From Auanema rhodensis (Eukaryota > Animalia > Nematoda): a stretch of 64,000 nt of DNA. The notes below the pieces were generated by a model. The model was given only the letters and a program-made list of their open reading frames with translations, was not told where the DNA came from and searched no databases. Where the stretch lies: contig OZ059899.1 of the NCBI GenBank assembly GCA_964057225.1, positions 16,740,001 to 16,804,000 on the forward strand, read 5' to 3'. Of the stretch, positions 47,501 through 61,785 are shown piece by piece (the stretch's first letter is position 1; each line of letters begins with the position of its first letter). Position numbers and translations under genes: made by a program.

Positions 47501-50500
47501 ACACATCTGAATACCCAACATAGGATTATTTATTTTTCATTATAGTTGATGATTTTTGAGAAAAATTGACAATCACCGGACACAACGTGCCTACAGCCTG
47601 AACTTTTTTGTGAACAAATCTTGTGGATGGGGTTGATATAAACTTTTTTTCCGGAAAACTAAGAAGTCACAGCCAAATCACACCAAGTAATTCAGATTCT
47701 ACACATCTGAATACCCAACTTAGGATTATTTATTTTTCATTATCGTTGATGATTTTTGAGAAAAAGGAACATTCACCGGGCACAACGTGCCTACAGCCTG
47801 AACTTTTTTGTAAACAAATCTTGTGGATGGGGATGATATAAACTTTTTTTTCGAAAAACTGAGAAGTGACAGCCAAATCACACCAAGTAATTCAGATTTT
47901 ACACATCTGAATACCCAACTTAGGATTATTTATTTTTCATTATAGTTGATGATTTTTGAGAAAAATTGACAATCACCGGACACAACATGCCTACACCCTG
48001 AACTTTTTTGTAAACAAATCTTGTGGATGGGGATGATATAAACTTTTTTTTCGAAAAACTGAGAAGTCACTGCCAAATCACACCAAGTAATTCAGATTCT
48101 ACACATCTGAATACCCAACATAGGATTATTTATTTTTCATTATAGTTGATGATTTTTGAGAAAAATTGACAATCACCGGACACAACGTGCCTACAGCCTG
48201 AACTTTTTTGTAAACAAATCTTGTGGATGGGGATGATATAAACTTTTTTTTCGAAAAACTGAGAAGTCACAGCCAAATCACACCAAGTAATTCAGATTCT
48301 ACACATCTGAATACCCAACATAGGATTATTTATTTTTCATTATAGTTGATGATTTTTGAGAAAAATTGACAATCACCGGACACAACGTGCCTACAGCCTG
48401 AACTTTTTTGTGAACAAATCTTGTGGATGAGGTTGATATAAACTTTTTTTCCGGAAAACTAAGAAGTCACAGCCAAATCACACCAAGTAATTCAGATTCT
48501 ACACATCTGAATACCCAACTTAAGATTATTTATTTTTCATTATAGTTGATGATTTTTGAGAAAAAGTGACAATCACCGGACACCACGTGCCTACAGCCTG
48601 AACTTTTTTGTGAACAAATCTTGTGGATGAGGTTGAGATAAACCTTTTTTCCGAAAAACTGAGAAGTTACAGCCGAATCTTACTCGGAATATCAGATTCT
48701 ACCCATCTGAATACCCAACTTAAGATTATTTATTTTTCATTATAGTTGATGATTTTTGAGAAAAAGTGACAATCACCGGACACAACGTGCCTACAGCCTG
48801 AACTTTTTTGTGAACAAATCTTTTGGATGGGGTTGAGATAAACTTTTTTTCCGGAAAACTAAGAAGTCACAGCCAAATCACACCAAGTAATTCAGATTCT
48901 ACACATCTGAATACCCAACTTAAGATTATTTATTTTTCATTATAGTTGATGATTTTTGAGAAAAAGTGACAATCACCGGACACCACGTGCCTACAGCCTG
49001 AACTTTTTTGTGAACAAATCTTGTGGATGAGGTTGATATAAACTTTTTTTCCGGAAAACTAAGAAGTCACAGCCAAATCACACCAAGTAATTCAGATTCT
49101 ACACATCTGAATACCCAACTTAGGATTATTTATTTTTCATTATAGTTGATGATTTTTGAGAAAAATTGACAATCACCGGACACCACGTGCCTACAGCCTG
49201 AACTTTTTTGTAAACAAATCTTGTGGATGGGGATGATATAAACTTTTTTTTCGAAAAACTGAGAAGTGACAGCCAAATCACACCAAGTAATTCAGATTTT
49301 ACACATCTGAATACCCAACTTAGGATTATTTATTTTTCATTATAGTTGATGATTTTTGAGAAAAATTGACAATCACCGGACACAACATGCCTACACCCTG
49401 AACTTTTTTGTAAACAAATCTTGTGGATGGGGATGATATAAACTTTTTTTTCGAAAAACTGAGAAGTCACAGCCAAATCACACCAAGTAATTCAGATTCT
49501 ACACATCTGAATACCCAACATAGGATTATTTATTTTTCATTATAGTTGATGATTTTTGAGAAAAATTGACAATCACCGGACACAACGTGCCTACAGCCTG
49601 AACTTTTTTGTAAACAAATCTTGTGGATGGGGATGATATAAACTTTTTTTTCGAAAAACTGAGAAGTCACAGCCAAATCACACCAAGTAATTCAGATTCT
49701 ACACATCTGAATACCCAACATAGGATTATTTATTTTTCATTATAGTTGATGATTTTTGAGAAAAATTGACAATCACCGGACACAACGTGCCTACAGCCTG
49801 AACTTTTTTGTGAACAAATCTTGTGGATGAGGTTGATATAAACTTTTTTTCCGGAAAACTAAGAAGTCACAGCCAAATCACACCAAGTAATTCAGATTCT
49901 ACACATCTGAATACCCAACTTAAGATTATTTATTTTTCATTATAGTTGATGATTTTTGAGAAAAAGTGACAATCACCGGACACCACGTGCCTACAGCCTG
50001 AACTTTTTTGTGAACAAATCTTGTGGATGAGGTTGAGATAAACCTTTTTTCCGAAAAACTGAGAAGTTACAGCCGAATCTTACTCGGAATATCAGATTCT
50101 ACCCATCTGAATACCCAACTTAAGATTATTTATTTTTCATTATAGTTGATGATTTTTGAGAAAAAGTGACAATCACCGGACACAACGTGCCTACAGCCTG
50201 AACTTTTTTGTGAACAAATCTTTTGGATGGGGTTGAGATAAACTTTTTTTCCGGAAAACTAAGAAGTCACAGCCAAATCACACCAAGTAATTCAGATTCT
50301 ACACATCTGAATACCCAACTTAAGATTATTTATTTTTCATTATAGTTGATGATTTTTGAGAAAAAGTGACAATCACCGGACACCACGTGCCTACAGCCTG
50401 AACTTTTTTGTGAACAAATCTTGTGGATGAGGTTGATATAAACTTTTTTTCCGGAAAACTAAGAAGTCACAGCCAAATCACACCAAGTAATTCAGATTCT

Positions 50501-53500
50501 ACACATCTGAATACCCAACTTAGGATTATTTATTTTTCATTATAGTTGATGATTTTTGAGAAAAATTGACAATCACCGGACACCACGTGCCTACAGCCTG
50601 AACTTTTTTGTGAACAAATCTTGTGGATGAGGTTGATATAAACTTTTTTTCCGGAAAACTAAGAAGTCACAGCCAAATCACACCGAGTAATTCAGATTCT
50701 ACACATCTGAATACCCAACTTAGGATTATTTATTTTTCATTATAGTTGATGATTTTTGAGAAAAATTGACAATCACCGGACACAACGTGCCTACAGCCTG
50801 AACTTTTTTGTGAACAAATCTTGTGGATGGGGTTGATATAAACTTTTTTTCCGGAAAACTAAGAAGTCACAGCCAAATCACACCAAGTAATTCAGATTCT
50901 ACACATCTGAATACCCAACTTAGGATTATTTATTTTTCATTATCGTCGATGATTTTTGAGAAAAAGGAACATTCACCGGACACAACGTGCCTACAGCCTG
51001 AACTTTTTTGTGAACAAATCTTGTGGATGGGGATGATATAAACTTTTTTTTCGAAAAACTGAGAAGTGACAGCCAAATCACACCAAGTAATTCAGATTTT
51101 ACACATCTGAATACCCAACATAGGATTATTTATTTTTCATTATAGTTGATGATTTTTGAGAAAAATTGACAATCACCGGACACAACGTGCCTACAGCCTG
51201 AACTTTTTTGTGAACAAATCTTGTGGATGGGGTTGATATAAACTTTTTTTCCGGAAAACTAAGAAGTCACAGCCAAATCACACCAAGTAATTCAGATTCT
51301 ACACATCTGAATACCCAACTTAGGATTATTTATTTTTCATTATCGTTGATGATTTTTGAGAAAAAGGAACATTCACCGGGCACAACGTGCCTACAGCCTG
51401 AACTTTTTTGTAAACAAATCTTGTGGATGGGGATGATATAAACTTTTTTTTCGAAAAACTGAGAAGTGACAGCCAAATCACACCAAGTAATTCAGATTTT
51501 ACACATCTGAATACCCAACTTAGGATTATTTATTTTTCATTATAGTTGATGATTTTTGAGAAAAATTGACAATCACCGGACACAACATGCCTACACCCTG
51601 AACTTTTTTGTAAACAAATCTTGTGGATGGGGATGATATAAACTTTTTTTTCGAAAAACTGAGAAGTCACAGCCAAATCACACCAAGTAATTCAGATTCT
51701 ACACATCTGAATACCCAACATAGGATTATTTATTTTTCATTATAGTTGATGATTTTTGAGAAAAATTGACAATCACCGGACACAACGTGCCTACAGCCTG
51801 AACTTTTTTGTGAACAAATCTTGTGGATGGGGTTGATATAAACTTTTTTTCCGGAAAACTAAGAAGTCACAGCCAAATCACACCAAGTAATTCAGATTCT
51901 ACACATCTGAATACCCAACATAAGACTATTTATTTTTCATTATAGTTGATGATTTTTGAGAAAAATTGACAATCACCGGACACAACGTGCCTACAGCCTG
52001 AACTTTTTTGTGAACAAATCTTGTGGATGGGGTTGATATAAACTTTTTTTCCGGAAAACTAAGAAGTCACAGCCAAATCACACCAAGTAATTCAGATTCT
52101 ACACATCTGAATACCCAACATAGGACTATTTATTTTTCATTATAGTTGATGATTTTTGAGAAAAATTGACAATCACCGGACACAACGTGCCTACAGCCTG
52201 AACTTTTTTGTGAACAAATCTTGTGGATGGGGTTGATATAAACTTTTTTTCCGGAAAACTAAGAAGTCACAGCCAAATCACACCGAGTAATTCAGATTCT
52301 ACACATCTGAATACCCAACATAGGACTATTTATTTTTTATTATAATTTATGATTTTTGAGAAAAATTGACAATCACCGGACACAACGTGCCTACAGCCTG
52401 AACTTTTTTGTGAACAAATCTTGTGGATGGGGTTGATATAAACTTTTTTTCTGGAAAACTAAGAAGTCACAGCCAAATCACACCAAGTAATTCAGATTTT
52501 ACACATCTGAATACCCAACATAGGACTATTTATTTTTTATTATAATTTATGATTTTTGAGAAAAATTGACAATCACCGGGCACAACGTGCCTACAGCCTG
52601 AACTTTTTTGTGAACAAATCTTGTGGATGGGGTTGATATAAACTTTTTTTCTGGAAAACTAAGAAGGCACAACCAAATCACACTAAGTAATTCAGATTCT
52701 ACACATCTGAATACCCAACTTAGGATTATTTATTTTTCATTATAGGTGATGATTTTTGAGAAAAATTGACAATCACCGGACACAACGTGCCTACAGCCTG
52801 AACTTTTTTGTGAACAAATCTTGTGGATGGGGTTGACATAAACTTTTTTTCCGGAAAACTAAGAAGTCACAGCCAAATCACACCAAGTAATTCAGATTCT
52901 ACACATCTGAATGCCCAACATAGGATTATTTATTTTTCATTATAATTTATGATTTATGATTTTTGAGAAAAATTGACAATCACCGGACACAACGTGCCTA
53001 CAGCCTGAACTTTTTTGTGAACAAATCTTGTGGATGGGGATGATATAAACTTTTTTTCCGGAAAACTAAGAAGTCACAGCCAAATCACACCAAGTAATTC
53101 AGATTTTACACATCTGAATACCCAACATAGGATTATTTATTTTTCATTATTTTTTATGATTTTTGAGAAAAATTGACAATCACCGGACACAATGTGCCTA
53201 CAGCCTGAACTTTTTTGTGAACAAATCTTGTGGATGGGGATGATATAAACTTTTTTTCCGGAAAACTAAGAAGTCACAGCCAAATCACACCAAGTAATTC
53301 AGATTCTACACATCTGAATACCCAACTTAGCAATATTTATTTTTCATTATTTTTTATGATTTTTGAGAAAAATTGACAATCACCGGACACAACGTGCCTA
53401 CAGCCTGAACTTTTTTGTGAACAAATCTTGTGGATGGGGTTGATATAAACTTTTTTTCCGGAAAACTAAGAAGTCACAGCCAAATCACACTAAGTAATTC

Positions 53501-56500
53501 AGATTCTACACATCTGAATACCCAACTTAGGATTATTTATTTTTCATTATAGGTGATGATTTTTGAGAAAAATTGACAATCACCGGACACAACGTGCCTA
53601 CAGCCTGAACTTTTTTGTGAACAAATCTTGTGGATGGGGATGATATAAACTTTTTTTCCGGAAAACTAAGAAGTCACAGCCAAATCACACCAAGTAATTC
53701 AGATTCTACACATCTGAATACCCAACTTGGGAATATTTATTTTTCATTATTTTTTATGATTTTTGAGAAAAATTGACAATCACCGGACACAACGTGCCTA
53801 CAGCCTGAACTTTTTTGTGAACAAATCTTGTGGATGGGGTTGATATAAACTTTTTTTCCGGAAAACTAAGAAGTTACAGCCAAATCACACCAAGTAATTC
53901 AGATTCTACACATCTGAATACCCAACTTGGGAATATTTATTTTTCATTATAGTTGATGATTTTTGAGAAAAATTGACAATCACCGGACACCACGTGCCTA
54001 CAGCCTGAACTTTTTTGTGAACAAATCTTGTGGATGGGGTTGATATAAACTTTTTTTCCGGAAAACTAAGAAGTCACAGCCAAATCACACCAAGTAATTC
54101 AGATTCTACACATCTGAATACCCAACTTGGGAATATTTATTTTTCATTATTTTTTATGATTTTTGAGAAAAATTGACAATCACCGGACACAATGTGCCTA
54201 CAGCCTGAACTTTTTTGTGAACAAATCTTGTGGATGGGGATGATATAAACTTTTTTTCCGGAAAACTAAGAAGTCACAGCCAAATCACACCAAGTAATTC
54301 AGATTCTACACATCTGAATACCCAACTTAGCAATATTTATTTTTCATTATTTTTTATGATTTTTGAGAAAAATTGACAATCACCGGACACAACGTGCCTA
54401 CAGCCTGAACTTTTTTGTGAACAAATCTTGTGGATGGGGTTGATATAAACTTTTTTTCCGGAAAACTAAGAAGTCACAGCCAAATCACACTAAGTAATTC
54501 AGATTCTACACATCTGAATACCCAACTTAGGATTATTTATTTTTCATTATAGGTGATGATTTTTGAGAAAAATTGACAATCACCGGACACAACGTGCCTA
54601 CAGCCTGAACTTTTTTGTGAACAAATCTTGTGGATGGGGATGATATAAACTTTTTTTCCGGAAAACTAAGAAGTCACAGCCAAATCACACCAAGTAATTC
54701 AGATTCTACACATCTGAATACCCAACTTGGGAATATTTATTTTTCATTATTTTTTATGATTTTTGAGAAAAATTGACAATCACCGGACACAACGTGCCTA
54801 CAGCCTGAACTTTTTTGTGAACAAATCTTGTGGATGGGGTTGATATAAACTTTTTTTCCGGAAAACTAAGAAGTTACAGCCAAATCACACCAAGTAATTC
54901 AGATTCTACACATCTGAATACCCAACTTGGGAATATTTATTTTTCATTATAGTTGATGATTTTTGAGAAAAATTGACAATCACCGGACACCACGTGCCTA
55001 CAGCCTGAACTTTTTTGTGAACAAATCTTGTGGATGGGGTTGATATAAACTTTTTTTCCGGAAAACTAAGAAGTCACAGCCAAATCACACCAAGTAATTC
55101 AGATTCTACACATCTGAATACCCAACTTGGGAATATTTATTTTTCATTATTTTTTATGATTTTTGAGAAAAATTGACAATCACCGGACACAACGTGCCTA
55201 CAGCCTGAACTTTTTTGTGAACAAATCTTGTGGATGGGGATGATATAAACTTTTTTTCCGGAAAACTAAGAAGTCACAGCCAAATCACACCAAGTAATTC
55301 AGATTCTACACATCTGAATACCCAACTTAGGATTATTTATTTTTCATTATAGTTGATGATTTTTGAGAAAAAGGAACATTCACCGGGCACACAGTGCCCC
55401 CAGCCTGAACTTTTTTGTGAACAAATCTTGTGGATGGGGTTGATATAAACCTTTTTTCCGAAAAACTGAGAAGTCACAGCCAAATCACACCAAGTAATTC
55501 AGATTTTACACATCTGAATACCCAAGTTGTAACTATTTGTGTTCGGTTATAGTTGATAATCTTGGAGAGAAATTGACAATCACCGGACACAACGTGCCTA
55601 CAGCCTGAACTTTTTTGTGAACAAATCTTGTGGATGGGGTTGATATAAACTTTTTTTCCGGAAAACTAAGAAGTTACAGCCAAATCACACCAAGTAATTC
55701 AGATTCTACACATCTGAATACCCAACTTGGGAATATTTATTTTTCATTATAGTTGATGATTTTTGAGAAAAATTGACAATCACCGGACACAACGTGCCTA
55801 CAGCCTGAACTTTTTTGTGAACAAATCTTGTGGATGGGGTTGATATAAACCTTTTTTCCGAAAAACTGAGAAGTCACAGCCAAATCACACCAAGTAATTC
55901 AGATTCTACACATCTGAATACCCAAGTTGTAACTATTTGTGTTCGGTTATAGTTGATAATCTTGGAGAGAAATTGACAATCACCGGACACAACGTGCCTA
56001 CAGCCTGAACTTTTTTGTGAACAAATCTTGTGGATGGGGTTGATATAAACTTTTTTTCCGGAAAACTAAGAAGTCACAGCCAAATCACACCAAGTAATTC
56101 AGATTCTACACATCTGAATACCCAACTTGGGAATATTTATTTTTCATTATTTTTTATGATTTTTGAGAAAAATTGACAATCACCGGACACAACGTGCCTA
56201 CAGCCTGAACTTTTTTGTGAACAAATCTTGTGGATGGGGATGATATAAACTTTTTTTCCGGAAAACTAAGAAGTCACAGCCAAATCACACCAAGTAATTC
56301 AGATTCTACACATCTGAATACCCAACTTGGGAATATTTATTTTTCATTATTTTTTATGATTTTTGAGAAAAATTGACAATCACCGGACACAACGTGCCTA
56401 CAGCCTGAACTTTTTTGTGAACAAATCTTGTGGATGGGGTTGATATAAACTTTTTTTCCGGAAAACTAAGAAGTTACAGCCAAATCACACCAAGTAATTC

Positions 56501-58487
56501 AGATTCTACACATCTGAATACCCAACTTGGGAATATTTATTTTTCATTATAGTTGATGATTTTTGAGAAAAATTGACAATCACCGGACACCACGTGCCTA
56601 CAGCCTGAACTTTTTTGTGAACAAATCTTGTGGATGGGGTTGATATAAACTTTTTTTCCGGAAAACTAAGAAGTCACAGCCAAATCACACCAAGTAATTC
56701 AGATTCTACACATCTGAATACCCAACTTGGGAATATTTATTTTTCATTATTTTTTATGATTTTTGAGAAAAATTGACAATCACCGGACACAACGTGCCTA
56801 CAGCCTGAACTTTTTTGTGAACAAATCTTGTGGATGGGGATGATATAAACTTTTTTTCCGGAAAACTAAGAAGTCACAGCCAAATCACACCAAGTAATTC
56901 AGATTCTACACATCTGAATACCCAACTTAGGATTATTTATTTTTCATTATAGTTGATGATTTTTGAGAAAAAGGAACATTCACCGGGCACACAGTGCCCC
57001 CAGCCTGAACTTTTTTGTGAACAAATCTTGTGGATGGGGTTGATATAAACCTTTTTTCCGAAAAACTGAGAAGTCACAGCCAAATCACACCAAGTAATTC
57101 AGATTTTACACATCTGAATACCCAAGTTGTAACTATTTGTGTTCGGTTATAGTTGATAATCTTGGAGAGAAATTGACAATCACCGGACACAACGTGCCTA
57201 CAGCCTGAACTTTTTTGTGAACAAATCTTGTGGATGGGGTTGATATAAACCTTTTTTCCGAAAAACTGAGAAGTCACAGCCAAATCACACCAAGTAATTC
57301 AGATTCTACACATCTGAATACCCAAGTTGTAACTATTTGTGTTCGGTTATAGTTGATAATCTTGGAGAGAAATTGACAATCACCGGACACAACGTGCCTA
57401 CAGCCTGAACTTTTTTGTGAACAAATCTTGTGGATGGGGTTGATATAAACCTTTTTTCCGAAAAACTGAGAAGTCACAGCCAAATCACACCAAGTAATTC
57501 AGATTCTACACATCTGAATACCCAAGTTGTAACTATTTGTGTTCGGTTATAGTTGATAATCTTGGAGAGAAATTGACAATCACCGGACACAACGTGCCTA
57601 CAGCCTGAACTTTTTTGTGAACAAATCTTGTGGATGGGGTTGATATAAACCATTTTTCCGAAAAACTGAGAAGTCACAGCCAAATCACACCAAGTAATTC
57701 AGATTTTACACATCTGAATACCCAAGTTGTAACTATTTGTGTTCGGTTATAGTTGATAATCTTGGAGAGAAATTGACAATCACCGGACACAACGTGCCTA
57801 CAGCCTGAACTTTTTTGTGAACAAATCTTGTGGATGGGGTTGATATAAACCTTTTTTTCGAAAAACTGAGAAGTCACAGCCAAATCACACCAAGTAATTC
57901 AGATTCTACACATCTGAATACCCAAGTTGTAACTATTTGTGTTCGGTTATAGTTGATATTCTTGGAGAAAAATTGACAATCACCGGGCACACATTGCCTA
58001 CAGCCTGAACTTTTTTGTGAACAAATCTTGTGGATGGTCTTGTTATAAACCTTTTTTCCGGAAAACTAAGAAGTAACAGCCAAATCTTACTTGGAATACC
58101 AGATTTTACACATCTGAATACCCAACTTAGGATTATTTATTTTTCAATATAGTTTGATGATTTTTGAGAAAAATTAACAATCACGGGACACAACGTGCCT
58201 ACAGCCTGATCTTTTTTGTGAACAATTCTTGTGGATGAGGTTGATATAAACCTTTTTTCCGGAAAACTAAGAAGTCACAGCCAAATCACACCAAGTAATT
58301 CAGATTCTACACATCTGAATACCTAAGTTGTAACTGTTTGTGTTCGGTTATAGTTGATATTCTTGGAGAAAAATTGACAATCACCGGGCACATAGTGCCT
58401 ACAGCCTGAACTTTTTTGTGAACAAATCTTGTGGATGGTCTTGTTATAAACCTTTTTTCCGGAAAATTGAAAAGTTCTTGCCAAATC
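44577..58487. repeat. 200-bp tandem satellite array, right arm (~70 monomers), degenerating at the right edge
   Basis: The monomer resumes in register after the 3' TSD (CGGAC ACCACGTG...). The last recognisable motif is GCCAAATC at ~58480-58487, so the right boundary is approximate. Confidence 0.98.
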
Positions 58488-59700
58488 TACCACTAGCAAC
58501 TAGTTGTCCAGAATCAAAGCCTCCGGTAAAGATGAAGCTATCGACAGTCTCAGGCTGCGCCGTTGCCAAGTATTTAGTGCTGTACTATGCTCTACAAATT
58601 ACTCAAAATAGATCTTTTGTTTTATATTTGAAATTGTCTGTGTTACATTACTGGTATTTGATTAATTGAAAAACTCACATTTGCTTTCAAATAGATTTTT
58701 TTGTATTATCACCATGAAGAGAATCCAAGAAAATGAAGCAAAAAAACAAAAGATTGCTGATGAAATACTGAGTATGAAAGCATATTATGAAGTTTTGAAA
58801 AAAAGTCATTAAGCACTAAGTGAAGCATTTAACATTCATCTTTACAAATTATCCCATTCAACTTCTTAATACGTTTGAAATGAATCCTAGCCTCCAACAA
58901 TTATTTATTCTCCATAACTTTAACCTATTCTATAAAACTTGTAATTTCCTTCGTAGAAATTAATCTTAAATAAATATTTTTAAATAGTTTATAAGTTATT
59001 AAATGTGATATATAATTATAATAGTTTTACGTTTCAATCATCAACGCACACGAAAGTATTATTACTAACCTAACCAAATCGAAGATAACTAAATGAACTT
59101 ATATTTAGTATTAAAAAGTTTTTTTTGTATTATCACCATAATAATAAAAATTGAAAAAACATTTTTCATAACATTGTTCATATTTGATTTTATAACAAAC
59201 AAACCGCTAATCTTTACAATCACATTTAAAATGATGATCGAAGTTTGATCCATTTTAGAATAACGAATCTCAAAGCACGGTTGTGTTCCATTTCATTTTT
59301 TTTAATTCCGATTAATAATGTTAAATTAAATGTTTCAGGCCTTACTTAACCAGTGAAGTAGGAAAACGGTTCGCAGAATGGAAAATAAAAGTAATTCTGA
59401 ACTGATGTAATTTTGATGAAATCAGGATACGCCATGAACTTTTATGAAAAGACGTTTATAATCAACTAAAAAAAGTAAGTTAGCTAAATGAACTGATATT
59501 TAGTATCAATAAGTTTAAATATAATATTGTAAGATAAATGAATCAAATATTTGAACCGGATTCTTGATTATCAGTGGAGCACGACTTCAAACAGAATTGC
59601 TCTCTGGTATGATGTTAAACAAAAGTTTGATTAACAACAATAACCTAAGTTATTTGGAACTTAAATATATGAAATCTAACCCGTACTTCCTGTATATCAG

Positions 59701-59872
59701 GAGATACCAGGAGCTGGAGAATTCGAGGAGTGGACAACCAGGAGAAACTAGGCTGATTCCTGCGCCAAAGCCTCCGTTAAAGCCAAAACTACATCATGTT
59801 GCCACCGCTCTTTATTCTTATGATGCACAAAGCACTAACGAATTATCATCTCTGTTCCGTAATAGAAGCTGA
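59701..59872 (+). pseudogene. Truncated Pro-rich plus SH3 N-terminal fragment, class I myosin tail-like
   Basis: PAPKPPLKPK...ALYSYDAQSTNELS matches the SH3 ALYxYxA...ELS signature preceded by a myosin-IE-like Pro/Lys linker. There is a possible acceptor ATATCAG ending at 59700. A stop occurs before the GWW and GxFPxNYV motifs. Confidence 0.55.
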
Positions 59873-60182
59873 ATTTTTTTTGGCAGCACAGGCATAGGGA
59901 TTTCTTTCCCTAGACGTTTTACGTTTTATGCTCATTCATATAATTGATTTAGTTTTCATTCATAGTAATTCCTCCTTTATATTATGGACCGCCTTTTCCA
60001 ACCAATCTCAAACGGTTTCCTTGGAAACAGCTATCTCATCACATCATTGACAATTGAAATGTTTTAGATTAGCTTATTTTTTATTCTAATATTGAATAAT
60101 ATTTCTATTTTTGATTATATTCTTGTATGAATGAAGCCTATTTTTCTTTTTTCTTCAAATTTAAATTAAAATAAAACTGTTA

Positions 60183-60189
60183 TTTTCAG
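60183..60189 (+). promoter_or_regulatory. TTTTCAG splice acceptor, probable SL trans-splice site or acceptor of an upstream intron
   Basis: Exact nematode consensus, preceded by AT-rich outron-like sequence and just upstream of the ATG. Confidence 0.55.
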
Positions 60190-60206
60190 ATTACTTCCCG
60201 TTCAAC

Positions 60207-61785
60207 ATGGTGGCTAATACTATTGCTCAGTATGCTTATCATGTTACACCGTTTGAGAGTAATGAGGTATTTCTGCTTTGTTCAACTTTACAATAAAATA
60301 TTGTTTTAGTCCCAACCAACCATAAACTCATTGATTCGCTCGAGCCCAATTCCTAATCATAGACCTTCGAAAGATATGCCAAGTGTTTTTTTGTCAACAA
60401 CGTTACATGAAGGTAAACTGCCTGATTATTCCATATATCCTGTAACAGGAGAAGAAGGATCATCCTATTATCGAGTGAAGATTCCATTGAACCGTTTCAA
60501 GGACTGTGACTTTTGGTTCTGCGGTCAGAGTGGTAACCAGGTCTTTTTGCTTGCAACCAAACGTTATACAGGACCTGAAGCATTCCATTTTATAACTAAA
60601 GAAGGAGATAAGTTGACCAAGATTGATATTGCACATAATACATTTCTCCGTTATGATCGAAGCAAAAACGTTTGGTATGCCAATGATTCAGCTCGGGAAT
60701 TTCTCGTCGTCACCTTAGCCGTTTGGCAAGATATCAACATTGAAGGCTGTGAATGGGATACTGTTGAGAAAAAATGCAATGCCGAGCCTCAGCCATATAC
60801 AGATACACCTGTACGTCTAACACATGCAGCAAGACGTCTGAAAAATGCTTACAGAATGCTTACAAACTTCTGTGCTCCTATAGACGATGCTGGCAAACTA
60901 ACCATTAGAGCATCTTCGCAATTGAATACTTCTAATTATATTGTTAAATGCTCTTCTAATCTTATGAAGAAAACCATGCAATCTCTGCGCGAAATTTATA
61001 ACTGCAGCTCAACCATTGCTGAAACTTTAAGAGAAGCCGGTAATTATCAGCAACCTGAGGTTGAAAATTCGGTCGATGTCGTATTACCAGCTTTAGAAAA
61101 GGCCAGTGGTCTGTTTACTAAAGCTGACGGTCCTATTCTCGAAGCTTGTCTTCTGTTGAATAGAGCACAGGACATAATGTCGAACATGGATCATACTTTA
61201 GATAACATTATATGCTTAGTGACTAGAGTAAATGTTTGTTTGAACTTGACTTTGAAACATCAAGATGAAATCCAACTTTCTGCTGTTAAGACTGCCAAGC
61301 TTGCGGAAAATACGTCCTTATTCATGGAGAAAATCACATTGTTCATGAGAAGTGCAGAAGTTCATATTGATTTGGGTATATTGTTGTCGTCCCAAATATC
61401 TATAAGTGATAGTATACTTAAAGCTTTGGAGGAAGTGAAAAGACTTCACAAACATTCGAGTAAAGATGAAACATCAAAACAAAAAATAGAAAACCTTATC
61501 AGTACGGCCGAGAAGTGTTGCGAACAACATAAAACGGTTTACGAACTCTCATCTTCTATTCGAAATCTAGGAATGTCCGCTAAACGAAAAGGAAGAAGCA
61601 TTGTGGATAAGGCTGTAGCAAACGTTGATGATGTAGCCAAATTGGTAATTCTCGTCGTTCCACAGAGGAAAATCCCTCGCCAATTTCATGAGAATGTTTC
61701 CAAGCTGAACAAGTGTGCTCGAGCTTATATGGACGATTCTGACGGAGCTAAAAGAATAAAACTGAGACCCGAAGAAAATGAGTAA
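60207..61785 (+). CDS. Two-exon gene, join(60207..60266,60310..61785), 511-aa protein of unknown function
   Basis: TTTTCAG at 60183-60189 lies 17 nt before ATG 60207. A 43-nt GT...TTTTAG phase-0 intron (60267-60309) joins in frame to the 484-aa ORF. AATAAA is at 61806-61811. No family recognised. Confidence 0.75.

Noticed and set aside
1209-57883. Many 60-94 aa ORFs within the 200-bp satellite
   Set aside because: They are repeat-derived, mostly use TTG/GTG starts, and open or close with single-base monomer variants. There is no coding signature.
1-58487. CRISPR-like array
   Set aside because: The units are contiguous 200-bp monomers without unique spacers, there are no cas genes, and the context is eukaryotic.
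58483-58494. 12-bp match AAATCTACCACT between the satellite's right boundary and the LTR (34723-34734)
   Set aside because: Too short and AT-rich, and the first 5 nt belong to the satellite motif. No further LTR similarity flanks it, so it is probably chance.
58490-58510. CTAG-containing palindrome (CAACTAGTTG) as a Helitron 3' end
   Set aside because: No GC-rich subterminal hairpin at the expected spacing and no other Helitron evidence.
60331-60333. TTG start given in the ORF track for the 484-aa ORF
   Set aside because: Better explained as an internal Leu of exon 2, spliced to an ATG exon at 60207-60266.
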